From Antedon mediterranea (taxonomy: Eukaryota; Animalia; Echinodermata): a DNA stretch of 64,000 nucleotides. Below are positions 1 through 14,164 of this stretch, piece by piece. The translations under genes were made by a program, and so were the position numbers. The notes below the pieces were generated by a model. The model searched no databases. It was not told the origin of the DNA and saw only the letters and a program-made list of their open reading frames with translations. Numbering within the stretch: position 1 is the stretch's first letter; each line of letters starts with the position of its first letter. The stretch spans positions 25,965,175 through 26,029,174 of the forward strand of contig NC_092677.1 in assembly GCF_964355755.1 (NCBI RefSeq). Reading direction: 5' to 3'.

Positions 1-231
1 TTGCGCAGTCGCAGAAGAATTTATTGAATTCGATCCTACCGAACATCCTCAGGCGTTGAATAGTCAGTACTCATTATTATAGCCCAACTGGAATACATAT
101 CTGTGTACTAACTAACCGTAGTTGTTGTCTTCGTGTTGTAGGATAATACTCACACACACCCGCCTTTGTTTACGTGCAAAGAACGGACGGATCTCTGGAT
201 ATTTTACTGACTTTACGGATAATATAAAACC

Positions 232-3200
232 ATGCGGTTGTCCAAAATGGATATTAAATTATCGTTATTCATTGTAATATTATTATCAGCATTGGTTCAA
301 AGCACAACAGAGATAGATAATCGTGAGTATAATTTTATGTCAATATTTATTGTTGTATATGTACATCATTCATAATAATTTCAGTGAACAAATACGTTTA
401 AAATAATTAAACCATGAATTAAATTGTATTAGCAAATTATAGGGTCGACAAGCTGATGTAGGCCTACATGAAATCATTATTGACAAGCTAACATATATTA
501 TTACGTAATACTAAAGAGAGAACATTAATTATGAGCTTTGTTTACGACATACAATAGCTATGTATACTGTTGTGTGAATAACTCACTTCATTCTCATTCA
601 GAATCAGATTTAGTTATTCTAATATTTTACAAGAAAAACACGTAACATAACAAAGTAGGCATTCACATAAATGTAATATTAACGTTTTTGATTTCTGCTA
701 ATGGCTTTTGTCTAAATGTCCTGACGAAGCTATGGTTTGTATGTTAAGTGTATTTGTAAGATTGTACGATTGTTATTGTGTCTTATGGACATGATTTACT
801 CGGAACAAAAGACAATTCTTCTGATTGAATAATTTATTTCGAACCATCAACTCTGTATATTTATTACTTGTATATTAACCCTGCACATCCGTACATGATA
901 AATACAGAATGATATTTATTAAATACAGATATTAAATGCACTCCGATAAATTTTTTACTTTAAAAAATAAGCTAATCTTTGATTCCAGTGTATTAGCTAT
1001 ATATACATTCTTTACCTCAACATGCTTCTACATTTCCGTTTATACCTTTATAAACAACATGTATTATTGAAAGTATTGTTGTATTTCTAAAAGTGTATGG
1101 TTGAATAAACATTATAAACGTTGTTTATTTCAAAAAGTGAACTCATTGTACCCTCATGCACGTTGTAACAAATCACCCAAATAAATGAGGTTAAACTCCT
1201 ACTTGTCTTCGTGAGTCACCAATTCGATGAAGTATGTCAAAAACTAACAACCCGAGAGTTATATCACCACTCAGTTTATTAATTGCAACAATAAATTCTG
1301 CTAAAGATAAAAGTCATCTTCATTTAACGTTGATTCAACATACTGTAATTGAATACAAGGAGTGTAACCATACAACAGTAATAATACTGTATTATTTTTT
1401 ACTGTATTACTACTGTACCTAATATTTGTCATAATTACTGCAAAATTAATAGTGCAGTTACAGTATACTGTAGTCCTCTTGTCAATTGGCTCTGCCGCAG
1501 TTATTTCGTTCACTTACTGTAGGCTGACCCTTGTCTCCCAAATTCATTTGTTTTTAAATTTTAATAATATAATATTTAACATACAAAAAATGTGTTCATT
1601 GTCCACCTTTTCGAGAGTGTTTTAATCAAGAATATAAATTTAATTAGTAAATTTAGTTAGTAGTTTTTCGATAATTTAAGTGTGTACTGTTATTTAGATT
1701 TTCCATTCTGTAGGCCAGTATAAATTCACTACAGTATGAATTATGCAATGAATTAATATTATTTAAAACCAGTGTATGTTTATCCCTGGAGGATGGTGGT
1801 TCATTACGCTTCGTGTATTACTGTTTATCATTTTACAATTTGTGGTAAGCCAGTTGTAATCGTTTCGAATTCGATTCGTAAAAAGCAAGCCATCTCCGCC
1901 ATATTCTTTACTGCAATTCCATAACACATGACTGCCTGCTTTGTTGTCGAAGCTCGTGTTTCAAAATTGTTTGATAGACCAAGCTGGCAGCCAGGATCAA
2001 GGTCAATTTGAAACAGCAATTTAATCAACCAATAATCGGCCATTTTCTATCATGTTAAATATTATAGTATGTTTATGGAGATACCTCCATGGTATGTTTT
2101 AATATTGTTTAAAGGCCTCTGTTCTGTTTGTATAAGTATGGCGCGCCAAGCTGTCATTTATTCGGAAATAAAGATATCTTAGTTTTAGGATACTGGCTAC
2201 AGTATTATGTTGCTATTGCTGTTAATAGATACTGGCTGGTACTTATTTTAGGCGGCGGTCTTCAACTGGATTGTAGCCCTATTTATTTGATATTGTAGGT
2301 TAATGGCTTCCGAATAGGAACGTAAATTTGACAAACAACACGTGTTTATAAAATACATAACGAATAATATAATGTTTATGATTGAAATAAACTGGACTAT
2401 AAAATGTAATAAATATGTTTAGGAAATCCTTGCCTATAAAAATGTAGTAACGACAAAGGAAATGACCACCATAATACACACCATCACAAAACTATGGCGC
2501 GCCATACAAAACGGTAGATGGCGTGCAGTAGTTCACCCGGTTTCCAGTGCTGTATCTCCACAAAGTATCATAGGAATATTTGGTAATACATCATCACATG
2601 GGGTGCCTGTATCATGTAAGGTGAGGTAAATGGTTAGGTGAAACGTAACACATGTGATGTTGTATTACAGTACCAAATATTCCTATGATACTTTGATACT
2701 TCAGAAATAGACAGAGTACCGAGAATCGGCTGAGTAGTTTATAGAGATGTATACACTCTAGGCGGATAATAGAGACATTACGATTGATATGCTCGTAGTT
2801 CGTGAGCATCCATCTACATAATGACGTAATGGGGTTCACTATAGTCACTTTTGTACACGGTTTATGTTAATGATCAATCCAACATTCATGACTCATATAA
2901 ATCGATTTGATTCCAGGTAGAATATAGTTTGTAGATTAGATTTTGTACAGTACAGGTGAGATATCTACTCTTTAGGAATATTGCCAAATTTCATTCATTC
3001 GTTCATTCCTTCGATCAATATATGGACGATCTTCATGTATAGAAAATCAAGATTTTTTTTTTAAATATCAATTTATCGTCGATGATACATTCTCGGTATT
3101 TATTTTTAATGTTTAACAGCACACTGATTTGTGTATAATATATACGGTATATATTTATTATATCAGGCAAAGTATATCATATATTATATTTCCCTATGGT

Positions 3201-6200
3201 GGAATAACATATAATTACAGAACCTCCTGTTCAAAGGACAACCCCCCCCCCCCCCCCCCAATGACATCGTGTAATGCACGACAAATATTCGTTGTGTGTG
3301 ATCGTATTAGATATTACGTTTTGTTCGGTTCAATCGGGAAATTGTAAATCAACATTTTCCTACACAGGAAATAGAATTTTTTTAAACGATAGTGTTGGCG
3401 ATTTTATGTTGATAAGGTCCAGGCAAATGATGTCTTTTGTCTACAACATCCGGTGATTTTAACATGTGGAGCAGCAAACGTCATATGGGAAAAACACTAT
3501 TGTGAAACCCTGGCTGTAGGGGGTCTTTTTCAGTTTGGCCAAACAAAACTGTAAACTTCAATATTAAAAGAAGAAAAAATAATGCACATGGGCTAATGTC
3601 TCTGAATCTGATTAATGAAACTGACAATTACTTGCTTAGGAATTGCTTGACGTTGATTTTGCTTCAATTCAATGTGTACCAGGCATATTACAATGGAAAA
3701 CACCAATACCAAATCTCCATCTGGCATTGTGATCCCATTGTGATGTAATAAGCAAATTACCTAATTCAGCAACATGTATGTGCATCCAAATGTACTGCCT
3801 GTATCATGGAAGCTTAAGTTATTCGTTTAGGGTAGGCGGCACATGATGATATCATCGAATATGCCTATGATAACTGGGCAAAATGAGATATACGTATACC
3901 GAGAATTGAGTACATTCCATCCAGTATAATCTTGCTATTATTTTTCCTCAATTGTTGGCACGAATTGCATCATTGATCGTATCGGACATCCATCTACAGT
4001 ACACTGTACTGTACTATACGGTACCACACGCCTTACCACTTGGCGTGTGTTGACTGTGTTTGTCGGCATTTCCGGATGTCCCGGAGCGTGGATGGCATTT
4101 CTTCTGCATGTTATGATAAATTTATCAATCGGCAGGTGACGTGGTGAAGATGTTTTTACAAACCTGCCCTTCTTAACCCCATTCCAGTGACATACTGACA
4201 CTACTTAACAATGTTATTTCTTTCTTTACCACAACATATAAATACTTTAGATTTAAAAGAATGTGAATCACCCTCTTCCAACTCAACATAAATACACTTT
4301 TTTGAAAACTAGACATTTTCCACGTATAGGCCTACAGTAGGCCTACCGTATATTTTTAATAAAATCAGATTTTTTTATTTTAATAAGCTTGGTTCCAACT
4401 AGGACGCAACGCAAGGACGTAACGCAACGCAAAGTGATTTGACAAATCACAAGCAATGGATTATTCGAAAAGTCGCGTGTGATTGGTCAACTCGCTTGCG
4501 TTTTATATGTCTAATGCTTGGTTCCCATTTGAGACGCAACACAAGGACGTAACGCAACGTAAGTTAGTTGACCAATCACAAGCGATGAATTATTCGAACG
4601 GTCGCTTGTCATTGGTTTGCGTTTGCGTTGCGTTGAAGTCATTGCGTTACGTCCTAGTGGAAACCAAGCTTAAATACGCCATTGCGTTGCGTCTGTACTG
4701 TTAAAAAGCTCACCACCACAGTCGACACGACATTACGTTCAGCTTTAACATTAAATTAAAGAGAAGAGAGATAATGTATTTGTTTATTCGGAAAGAACGC
4801 ATCTTAATTTATTAGAACAATCTCAATCCATCAAGATTATTTGTTTTGAATGTCAGAAAATAAGAGATAGATTGATGGACCATGTAGACGTCATCTGACA
4901 AAGCTCTCTGACGTGATTAAGATCGAATTAAGTCAGCTGGCATTAATGAATGTTTTAACATTTCTGTTGACACGTTAAAGACACTAACTCAATGTTAACA
5001 ATGTTTTATTGGTATAACAACATAATTTGATGTAACATTTATTAGGCCAAAACAAACTAGCTCTCTGACGGAAGGCTACATCGTTTGCAGGCTATCTGGA
5101 GGTTGTGGGAGTTCAGGTGGTCTCATCCGAAAATTCGAATTTGTTCGCAACGTGTTCTTGATGTTCTACGTGGAGTGTACTGTATGGTTGGTTGCACGAA
5201 CAAAACATTTATAGAGAGTGACTAGATGATGGACGGAAGGCTACTTCGTCTGCTGCAGGCTATCTAGAGGCTGTGTGTGCGTTCAGGTCTCATCCGAATT
5301 TGATGTCCCACGCACAGGTATTGGGTGAACAAAACATAATCTCAGATCTCAGACGCAAAGCTACTTCCCTAGCACCGAATAGTCAAATTATCATCATCAT
5401 CATATCATTTAAATCCAATCTGCACACAGTACTGTTTTGATCTTTATTCAGAGCTCGTATACAAGAATGCTTCTTTTCATTTCTGTGATTTATATATTTA
5501 TATATTTTGTTTGCTTTTGTCTGTTTTGTTTTGGCGTCCCTGACACAAGCATTTGCTTTATTGGTGACGCCACCATTTTGGAAATGTTATTTGATTTTGA
5601 GTGCTTTTGATTTTGTTCTTGATTTATTTAAAGGCAGTTAGGCTAATATTTATTATGGATACGCGCGCGCACGTCGTACCATGATTACGGGGCGCCGTTT
5701 GGGACATTACTCATTACTGTAGCAATGTCCCGAACGGCGCCCCGTACATGATATCATTTGTAGAGTTTGTTTTGATTCAGTGTGCTGATTCTCAATATGT
5801 TAATATGTATCATGTATGATTCATTCTACTGTCAGTGGTCGTGAGCAATCGTGCAATATAATTTCATTTTAAAACAGCGAACTGTAGTAATTCCCTATGT
5901 TCTCGTATATTTTTATACTGTGCTGTATCTGTGGTTGGTGTAAGGATAGATGACTGATTATGAAAAATGTACCAAGAACACAAGAAAATAACACAATTGA
6001 TTTTCCTCGTAGCGTAGTATCTTAGGACAAACGTATTGTTGTCCTAAGTCTGTAGTTTTCGAGGCTTTTTGGTGTTTGTCGGAGTTTACATGCTCAAGTA
6101 GTATGAAACGCCGTATGTGCCAAAATTATTATCTTTATACTAATATTAAGCCGAAAACTCTGGAACCCAGACTAACTAAAAAAAGTCAATGGTGCATACA

Positions 6201-9200
6201 GTATTCGAAAGTGGGAGGTCGTTTTTAATGAGCCTGCCTGTCTTTTGGCAGACATAATTAGGCCTATTCAGATTGCTACAGTATTCTTTCTTTTCTCTAT
6301 GGTTTGTCGACATAGTTCCTATTATACTCAATGGGTACAATATTCTTGCCCCATTCTTGCTGTGGAAATTCGGAAGTATGAGATCGTTTTTAATGAACCT
6401 GCCTGTCTTTTGGCAGACATTAATTAATCTGATTGTATCTATTTATCCTTAATTCTTTTCTCTATGGTTTGTCGACATGTTTTGTTTGTACCGTCGTGAT
6501 AACAATACTGCGTCCGTCAACTTGAGACGACGACGTCAGTTCTTTTGTTGTGTAGGCCTGTTATTCGTTGATTAACACATCGATTAGAGACCCCAAGGTG
6601 AGTGATAGGTGTGACAAACCACAATACAAGCGTGGGAGCGAGTGTTTGTCACAGGCCGAAAATGTAGATCGGAACCAGGTTTTGACCAATTGACGTGGAA
6701 TGTTAACACATTACATATTGTGTAAAGGCCACTTTACACAGACGAGCGGTAACATTGAGCAGAAAACCGTGTACAGGTAGCTTGTCCCACGTAGAATCTG
6801 CTATAGCTATTCATCAGCAGAAACCGCCCATCCACTCACCGTAAGCCCTATTATTAATTATCGTTACCGCTCGTCTGTGTAAATTGGCCTTAATGCTTGA
6901 ATGTCCTCTGTTGGACCATTTTACCATTAAGCTCAAAGCTTTTTATTGTATCATTTATCAATTAAGAGAAAACGGTAGCCTTTGGACTGTTTTTTTTTTG
7001 AATCATATAAGGGGACCGGGAATGTAAGCTCAATACCCCAAGGTATCCAGTCACCATACAACCATAGATCTTAGTACAGAGGATGTACGGATATCCAGTA
7101 TATTATACTGTAATACTATTAATACAACCATCAAAATATTCTCCATACGACAATGTACTATACTGTAACTAGAAATAGTCTCCATCGGCAATTATGTACT
7201 CTAAATTCAAATGCAACTTGAGAGTAGCTTGACCTTTGACCTGTCTCATCATCGAATCTTTTGAGAATTATGATGCCTTATGTTTTTAATCTTCGATTGC
7301 CATTTCAAGTGAGAGCGGAAGACAGTGTCTGATTAGTTTGAGCATAAACCGGATTTTGTTTTCTGACTGACTTTTAAAATCAGTATTCAATATGGGTATT
7401 GCTAAACACCGCAAACCCCGCAAACCTCCAAAAAAACATAGCAAACCCCACCGAACCAACATAAAAGTGATTGAATCATGTAGTGTACAACCCACTGGGT
7501 ATATCCATGTAAACAAAATATTACATTTCTAACTGTTAACTACTTATTTTTGGGGTAAAACATCATTTTTTGGTCAAAAATTATTGCTAATTTTTAACCA
7601 AAAAATGATGTTTTATCCCGGTTTATCCCCAAAAAAGTAGTTAACAGTAGAAATTTAATAATTTATATACCCAGTGGGTCGTACACTACATTATTCAATC
7701 ACTTTTATGTTGGTTTGGTGGGGTTTGCTATGGTTTTTTGGAGGTTTGCGGGGTTTAGCAATCATTTTTGACCAAAAAATGATGTTTTACCCCAAAAATA
7801 AGTTGTTAACAGTAGAAATTTAACTTTTTTGTTTACATTGATAAACCCAGTGGGTTGTATACTACATGATTCAATCACTTTTATGTTGGTTCGGTGGGGT
7901 TTGCTATGTTTTTTTGGAGGTTTGCGGGGGTTTGCGGAGTTTGCGGTGTTTAGCAATACCCTTCAATATTCCTTCCCAATAATTAACTAAAACTGTTTTT
8001 GACAAAAAAAATATTATGTGCCCAAATATGGTAGTGATATGCTTAAATATGGTAGTGATATGACATCATGATGTCCATATATGGGCACATCATATTTTGT
8101 TTGTCACATAGTTTGTCAGAGCTTTATGGGTGATTAGTTTATTTTAGGTGGCTTTAATAAATAAAATTTGTAAAAACATGAGTTAATACAGAATTGTAAA
8201 ATAATGTTGAATGCGTGTGTACGTGTACAAGGAACATGACGTAATAAGATGTATCGTGGTTAATAGGAGCAGGTGTTGTAGTCAAGTAGTATACGTTTAC
8301 AATATTCCTAAAATATGGGCACATCACATTTTTTTGTCACATAAAGTTTTATAGTGTAAATATAGCTGTATTGTTATGTGCAGTATAATACTGCAGTTGT
8401 GCAGTTACGAAATGGGATAGACGTTTACAGTATTACACATTAAATAGCAACAATTCTAGCAGCCCACTGTTTCAGAATTCTACCGTACGTACCGTAGGCC
8501 CAAATGAACTTAATTACAGACCGTAAAGGAATCAGTGGTTTGTCCTAAGGCACATTCAGATAACAATCGTAATCTGGCCAAATGTTTGTGTTATTCGAAA
8601 TTGAGAACAGTTAATTTCTTGTAATGTCTCGGCGCATGGGGTGCATGATACTTCAACCCAGTTTGCTACTTAAATGGGCTCATGGCTTTTCTGTTCTGTA
8701 GCTGAGTTGAGTATGGCGCGCCAATGTCATTTATTTAAGCAATAGAGATATCTTAGTTTTTAATAGAGATATCTTAGTTTTAAATAGAGATATCTTAGTT
8801 TTAAATAGAGATATCTTAGTTTTAAATAGAGATATCTTAGTTTTAAATAGAGATATCTTAGTTTTAAATAGAGATATCTTAGTTTTAAATAGAGATATCT
8901 ATATCTTAGTTTTAAATAGAGATATCTATATCTTAGTTTTTAATACTAATATCTTAGTTTCAAATAGAGATATCTTAGTTTTAAATAGAGATAGGTCTAT
9001 CTCTATTAGTATTAATGGAGTTTAAAACTAAGATATCTTTACTTCAGAATAAACTACAGCTTGGCGCGCCATAGTTGAGCTAACCATGACTTACCGATGT
9101 TATATCGTTCAAACTGGTATATCCGTGATTTGCTAATTTTGTTTGATTGCTATCAATTTAGTATTAACAGCTTAAAATTAAGCGGTTTAACAATATCCTG

Positions 9201-11525
9201 ATCACGTATCATTAATGGATTTCTGCAGTTGTAGTATATTTCGCTTTATATTAAGCTTTAGGCTTTAAGGTGCCTCAATTATTTTTACCAATTTCAATTC
9301 TGTGTAAAATGAAGTAGGCCCACAGATAATAATAAGCATATTCAAAAGTTATTGTTGATCAAATTATTGTATGCCTACTTGCAAAATGCGCTTACGTCCT
9401 TGCATTGTGTCCTAAAGCTTGGTTCCCACTAGAACGTAACCCAAGGACGTAAACGCAACGCAAGCGTTTTAACCAATGACAAGCGAAGTTATAGACAGTT
9501 AGTAATCACAAGCGAATAAGCCATCGCTTGTGATTGGTCAATTCACTTGCGTTGCGTTACGTCGTTGCGTCGCTAGTGGGAACCACGCTTTAAGCTTGGT
9601 TCTCACTGGACGCAACGCAAAGACGTAAACGCAACGCAAGCGTGTTGACAAATGACAAGCGATTGTTCGAATAATACTTTTGATTGGTTAACTCACTAAG
9701 GCGTGGTTCCCACTAGAACGTAACGCAAGGACGTAAACGCAACGCAAGCGTTTTAACCAATGACAAGCGAAGTTAGACAGTTAGCAATCACTAGCGAATA
9801 AGCCATCGCTTGTGATTGGTCAATTCACTTGCGTTGCGTTACGTCCTTGCGGTGCGTCGCTAGTGGGAACCACGCTTTATATATATAAGCATAACGCTTG
9901 GTCCCACTACGCAACGAAATGACGTAAGCCGCAACGCAAGCGAATTGACCAATTACAAGCGACAGTTGGAATAATACATCGCTTTTGATTGGTCATTTCG
10001 CTTACGTCCTAATGGGAACCAAGCTTTAAGAAAACCATACAGCAAACAACTGAACTAACTATACCAAACAATTTTAGTTTAAACCAAATGTTTTTTTTAA
10101 CCCCCACTTATCTATATTTTTATTCTATTTTCAACAGTGTATGTTCAAGACGTCCACTGTGACGACCGAGTACGAAACATCACCAACCTATCGGCTGTAA
10201 TATCATCTCACCGAAGCGTAACTACCTCACCATACCACCTCTCAAAAGACTGCATCGTCCTCATCTCGGCACCCCCGGGCCAACAAATTAACCTACGTTT
10301 CGAGTTCTTCGATTTGCAGCCATCATACGACAAGGATAATAAGAGATGTAGTCCGATTTTAGGCGATAAATTGATGATATACGAACGTGGTATGGAAGGC
10401 CTTGCAAGCCCGCCTGAAAGAACGTACTGTGGCGGGTCTGGCGTGTTTCCCGCAGATTATCAGTCGACTTCTAATGTCCTTGGTGTACGATTCTTTTCCG
10501 ATAATATTGCGTCGCAAAAAGATTATGGTTTCAGATTTACATATACAACGTTTAAAAGCGAAGGTAAACGTATTTTATTTATAATATTATAAATACAATA
10601 GGCTAAACAGTGTATTAATAGGGCATATTTAAAACGCAGTGATACTTTTTTGCCACTTCTCATGTCGATAACAAATTCGGTTTCGTTTTGGTTGTTTTAG
10701 TAAGTGGCGACTGCTTTATGTGTAGTGACGGAACGATGTGTATCGACTCTGACGTAGTCTGTGACAACATCAAAAACTGCAACGATGATAGTGATGAAGC
10801 CGTGGATCTGTGTGAAGCTGGTAAGTTAATGACGTCACATGTTTTTGACGTTACACGGTTACGACGTCACTTTTACGGCCGGGTTTGCCATAGGTGTTAC
10901 CAAAAGTTAAGACCCATAACACTACAATGCCCATAACACTACGAGGCCCATAACACTACGAGGCCCATAACACTACAGGACCCATAACACTACAAGACGC
11001 ATAACACTACAAGACCCATAACACTACCGTACGAGACCCATAACACTACCAGACCAATAATACTACCGCAAAGTCATCCAATTCGCACGAATAAATTCGC
11101 CTAGTTGGGAATCCCATGCTTTAGTATAAACATTTTACACATTTGTATTTATTTTTTCAGAAAGTAACAACATAATAAAAGAATGGATCAATTGGTTAGG
11201 CCTAGAGGTTGTGATAGTAATCGCAGCCGCTGTAGGCCTTGTTCTAATCGTGATGGTAGTGACGTGTTTTATATGCTGTTGTGGTTGCTGTTCCAGAAAA
11301 GAAAAACGTGATTCTAAACCGTACAGGGCTCCACCAACACCTCGACCGACGTCATTTCCGTCGCAGTCTAACTTTTCTTCGTATTCGTCCGCGTCGGGAG
11401 GAACCGGAGGACGGCCGTATTTCCAGCCTCCACATAACCCTATGTACCCACCAATTCAAAATGGCGGATATAGTGTTGTTTATAACCACGACAACGGGAA
11501 AGTTGATTTTCCACAGAAACTTTGA
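232..11525 (+). CDS. Single-pass CUB + LDLa receptor (CULD/LDLRAD2/NETO-like), 4 exons, ~333 aa
   Basis: join(232..322,10138..10563,10701..10820,11161..11525); all introns are phase 1 GT-AG and the total of 1002 nt is in frame. Signal peptide MRLSKMDIKLSLFIVILLSALVQS, CUB (DCIVLISAPPGQQINLRFEFFDL...YCG...GFRFTY), LDLa (CFMCSDGTMCIDSDVVCDNIKNCNDDSDE), TM (VVIVIAAAVGLVLIVMVVTCFI), Cys cluster, P/S-rich tail. The exon 1 link across the 9.8 kb intron is less certain. Confidence 0.85.
4386..4670. mobile_element. Harbinger-type MITE family A (compound copy)
   Basis: AGCTTGGTTCC...GGAAACCAAGCT ends with internal CGCAACG repeats and a second partial left end near 4516. Confidence 0.75.
6726..6890. 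mobile_element. Harbinger-type MITE (TIR AGGCCAnTTTACACAGACGAGCGGTAAC), TAA TSD
   Basis: ~28-bp TIR with TAA at 6723-6725 and 6891-6893. Confidence 0.8.
7394..7961. mobile_element. Non-autonomous long-TIR DNA transposon with 8-bp TSD (Mutator/Merlin/hAT-like; superfamily unresolved)
   Basis: Ends GGGTATTGCTAAACACCGCAAAC / GTTTGCGGTGTTTAGCAATACCC; exact direct repeat TTCAATAT at 7386-7393 and 7962-7969. Confidence 0.85.
8712..9072. repeat. MITE with TATGGCGCGCCAA ends and an internal ~21-bp tandem array (AAATAGAGATATCTTAGTTTT)n
   Basis: Inverted GGCGCGCC-containing ends and roughly 11 units of the 21-mer. A related copy without the expansion lies at ~2138-2505. Confidence 0.75.
9416..10025. 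mobile_element. Cluster of PIF/Harbinger-type MITEs, family A1 (TIR AGCKTGGTTCCCACTAG)
   Basis: Adjacent or nested copies at 9416-9589, from 9593, 9700-9876 and ~9895-10025, ending ~110 bp before exon 2 of gene 1; TWA flanks. Confidence 0.85.
10910..11067. repeat. ~19-bp minisatellite (GACCCATAACACTAC core) in intron 3 of gene 1
   Basis: About 8 tandem units are visible. Confidence 0.85.
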
Positions 11526-14164
11526 ATTCATTGATGACGTATCTTACGCTGTTGTTCATGACGTCATCGTTGTATGCCTAAATACACTATCCGATGTTAA
11601 AAACTAACGGGATATTTTTGTTAATTCATTATGATATTAAATTATATCAAATATTAAAGTGCTTAGGCCCACGAGTAAGGTATCCAATCTCAAGTCATAC
11701 AAAAAGTTTTCCCGGAATCGTATCAGTTCCCCGTGTGTTACTGAACGACCGAAATCGGTCACACTTGGGTCTACGTAAAAGAGATTGTTTCGTTATAATA
11801 TTATAGTTATAAAAATTTACGCAAAATAACTCATACTGATTTTTATATACACTAAAATCTTATATTGATATTCTAAATTATATTTCATTGATCGGATCCC
11901 GTTAAAATTGTGGCGATCAAAAGCATGACGTCATTGTTATGTGTTCAGACGACAGCAGTCAGCTGTGTGTGAACGAGGATGAAGGATAGCGATCAAAACC
12001 GTCTGAACACGCCGTCTGGTATAAGATCGCGGTTGAAGCAATGCAATTGTGTTAAATTGGCCTGTTATTTAAGCTGTTTAATTAAGCTGTTTTAAAGTAT
12101 TATTCTGATTATTATATTTCTTATGTATTTACTTCCATGTAATATTTAAAATACGCCGGGTTACAAGTTACACACGCGGCTAAATTCTTTTTCTAAAAAC
12201 TTGATGGGTTGCCTTGTATGAATTCCATGGGGACTTGTTCGACTATCGCGACGCAGAAACAACATTGACGAAGAAGAATGTGCTGCGTTGTGAGAGCATG
12301 CGTTACTACGCCAAAAGTGTGTACAGAGTTGTGAAATGTATTACACGATCAACCGATAACGGTTATGGTTCCGTTAGTCCTTATTTACATTAATTAAAAC
12401 TGATTGAGATATCAGAGCCGAGGATTCGATGAGAATGACGTTACGTTTTGTGAATTGTGTGTGTAACTCGGCGAGTAAGCCTATTGTTTTAATTTCTTTC
12501 TGAAGTCAGGTATTTTGTACATAATTTACGCCGTTAATTTAACGGTTATTTTAAGATGGCTGAATCGTGACATCCTACCGAAAAAAGTCTGTGTATTTAT
12601 TGAGGATGTTCTTTGTGAAAATAGAAATATTGTAAAATAAAGACTTTTATACTGCTTGGTATAAGATTGGGCGTGTACAGTAGTCTGGTGACGTCATAGG
12701 TTTACGCTGAAAAAAGACACACAAACAAATTAGGCTTATATTTTCAGCTCTGAAACATTCGTTTTAGATTATATAAAACATTTTAGGACTATTATTTATG
12801 TAGTGTAGTGAACTCGTGGTCCAGTGTGTGAATAAAATGAATATACAGATAAGGCCTGGTACGGCAAGACCATCGTTGTAAATCTTCTAGCTACAACGAG
12901 AAATTAAGAAGAAAGAGAAATTTGTCGACTTTATTTAGATGTTGAGCGTGTCAGGCGCAGCTCCATTGAGCTGCAGATGCGTTATGTGTGATGGCATTAT
13001 CATCTGCACATCTCTGAAACGCTAGTAAACGCAAATAAAAATTGTGATGTTGTTTAGTAACGTAGTCTAGAAATTGCTGTTTTATAACAAAAAAATGTCT
13101 AAAAGGTATCTGTTATTGCTTATGGCTGACGTATTAAATTTTAAATAAAAAATGCCTCAAGTCTCTTGTTTTTTCTTTACTAAAGTTAATGCTATTGATA
13201 ACGATTATACATACATTCGTCTTGAACAAAATATCCATGGATGATTTTGTTTGTTGTTTTTTTAAATCATAAATAATACATTATGCGCGGCGGGACACAT
13301 TATGCCTACTTTTGTTAATATATAAGACGCAAAATGTCAACTATAGAGGGGGACAAACACGATATATAATACATCAGCAATACATTTTAATATTTATCAT
13401 TTCGTTCAATACCAACAAGGAAAGCATCCCGTATTTTCAATTGTAGCGCAGAATAATGTTTGAAATATAGAAAAAGTTTTAAATATATAGGCCTATAGAG
13501 ATTATAAACACATTGTAACAGTTTATTTATTGTTAATTTACAGTTTATTGCGAGAAAAAAAGTAATGTCATCCAATTATGACGTCATCCAGTATCAAAAG
13601 GCGGTGTTGATTTTTGGAGTTACTTTGCCAGCAGTAGTTCACGACACGACGAGAAAATAAATAAATGTTCCCTTTAATGTTTGTTATTAAACGTGCTTAA
13701 TACGATGAATTACATCTTATTGTTTACTTGATAAATCTTTATAAGTCTACATACCATACAGTGGTGAGTTTTTATTCAGTTTATGTACGTTTAAAGTGGT
13801 GTAACTAACAACTGAAACAAATACGTTTTTGCTAGGCCTGGCCCTTTTACTAGCCTAGGCTAGCTGAAAGGCAGCAGCCAAGGATAAAAAAATGACACTT
13901 ATTCTAGGCGTAAGCTCTACCCAATCCTAGGCCTAGGCTAGTTTGATAATACTACGATTATAAACTGGGCCTAGGATAAATATTTCCTTTTAAATACATA
14001 TTAAGAAATAAAAGTGTTGATTGTTTTTACTTTTGTGCTTAGATTGGATTACAATTTTATTCAACAAGAAAGAGAAAAGAGGAGTTTAAAATAGTCTCTT
14101 CGACTAGGCCTAGCCTAATCTTAGCAAATTTTTGATGTGGAGTGAGAGGTGAATAGCCTAGGAT

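Noticed and set aside
3242-3259. Poly-proline ORF 3129-3347
   Set aside because: It arises from an intronic poly-C run.
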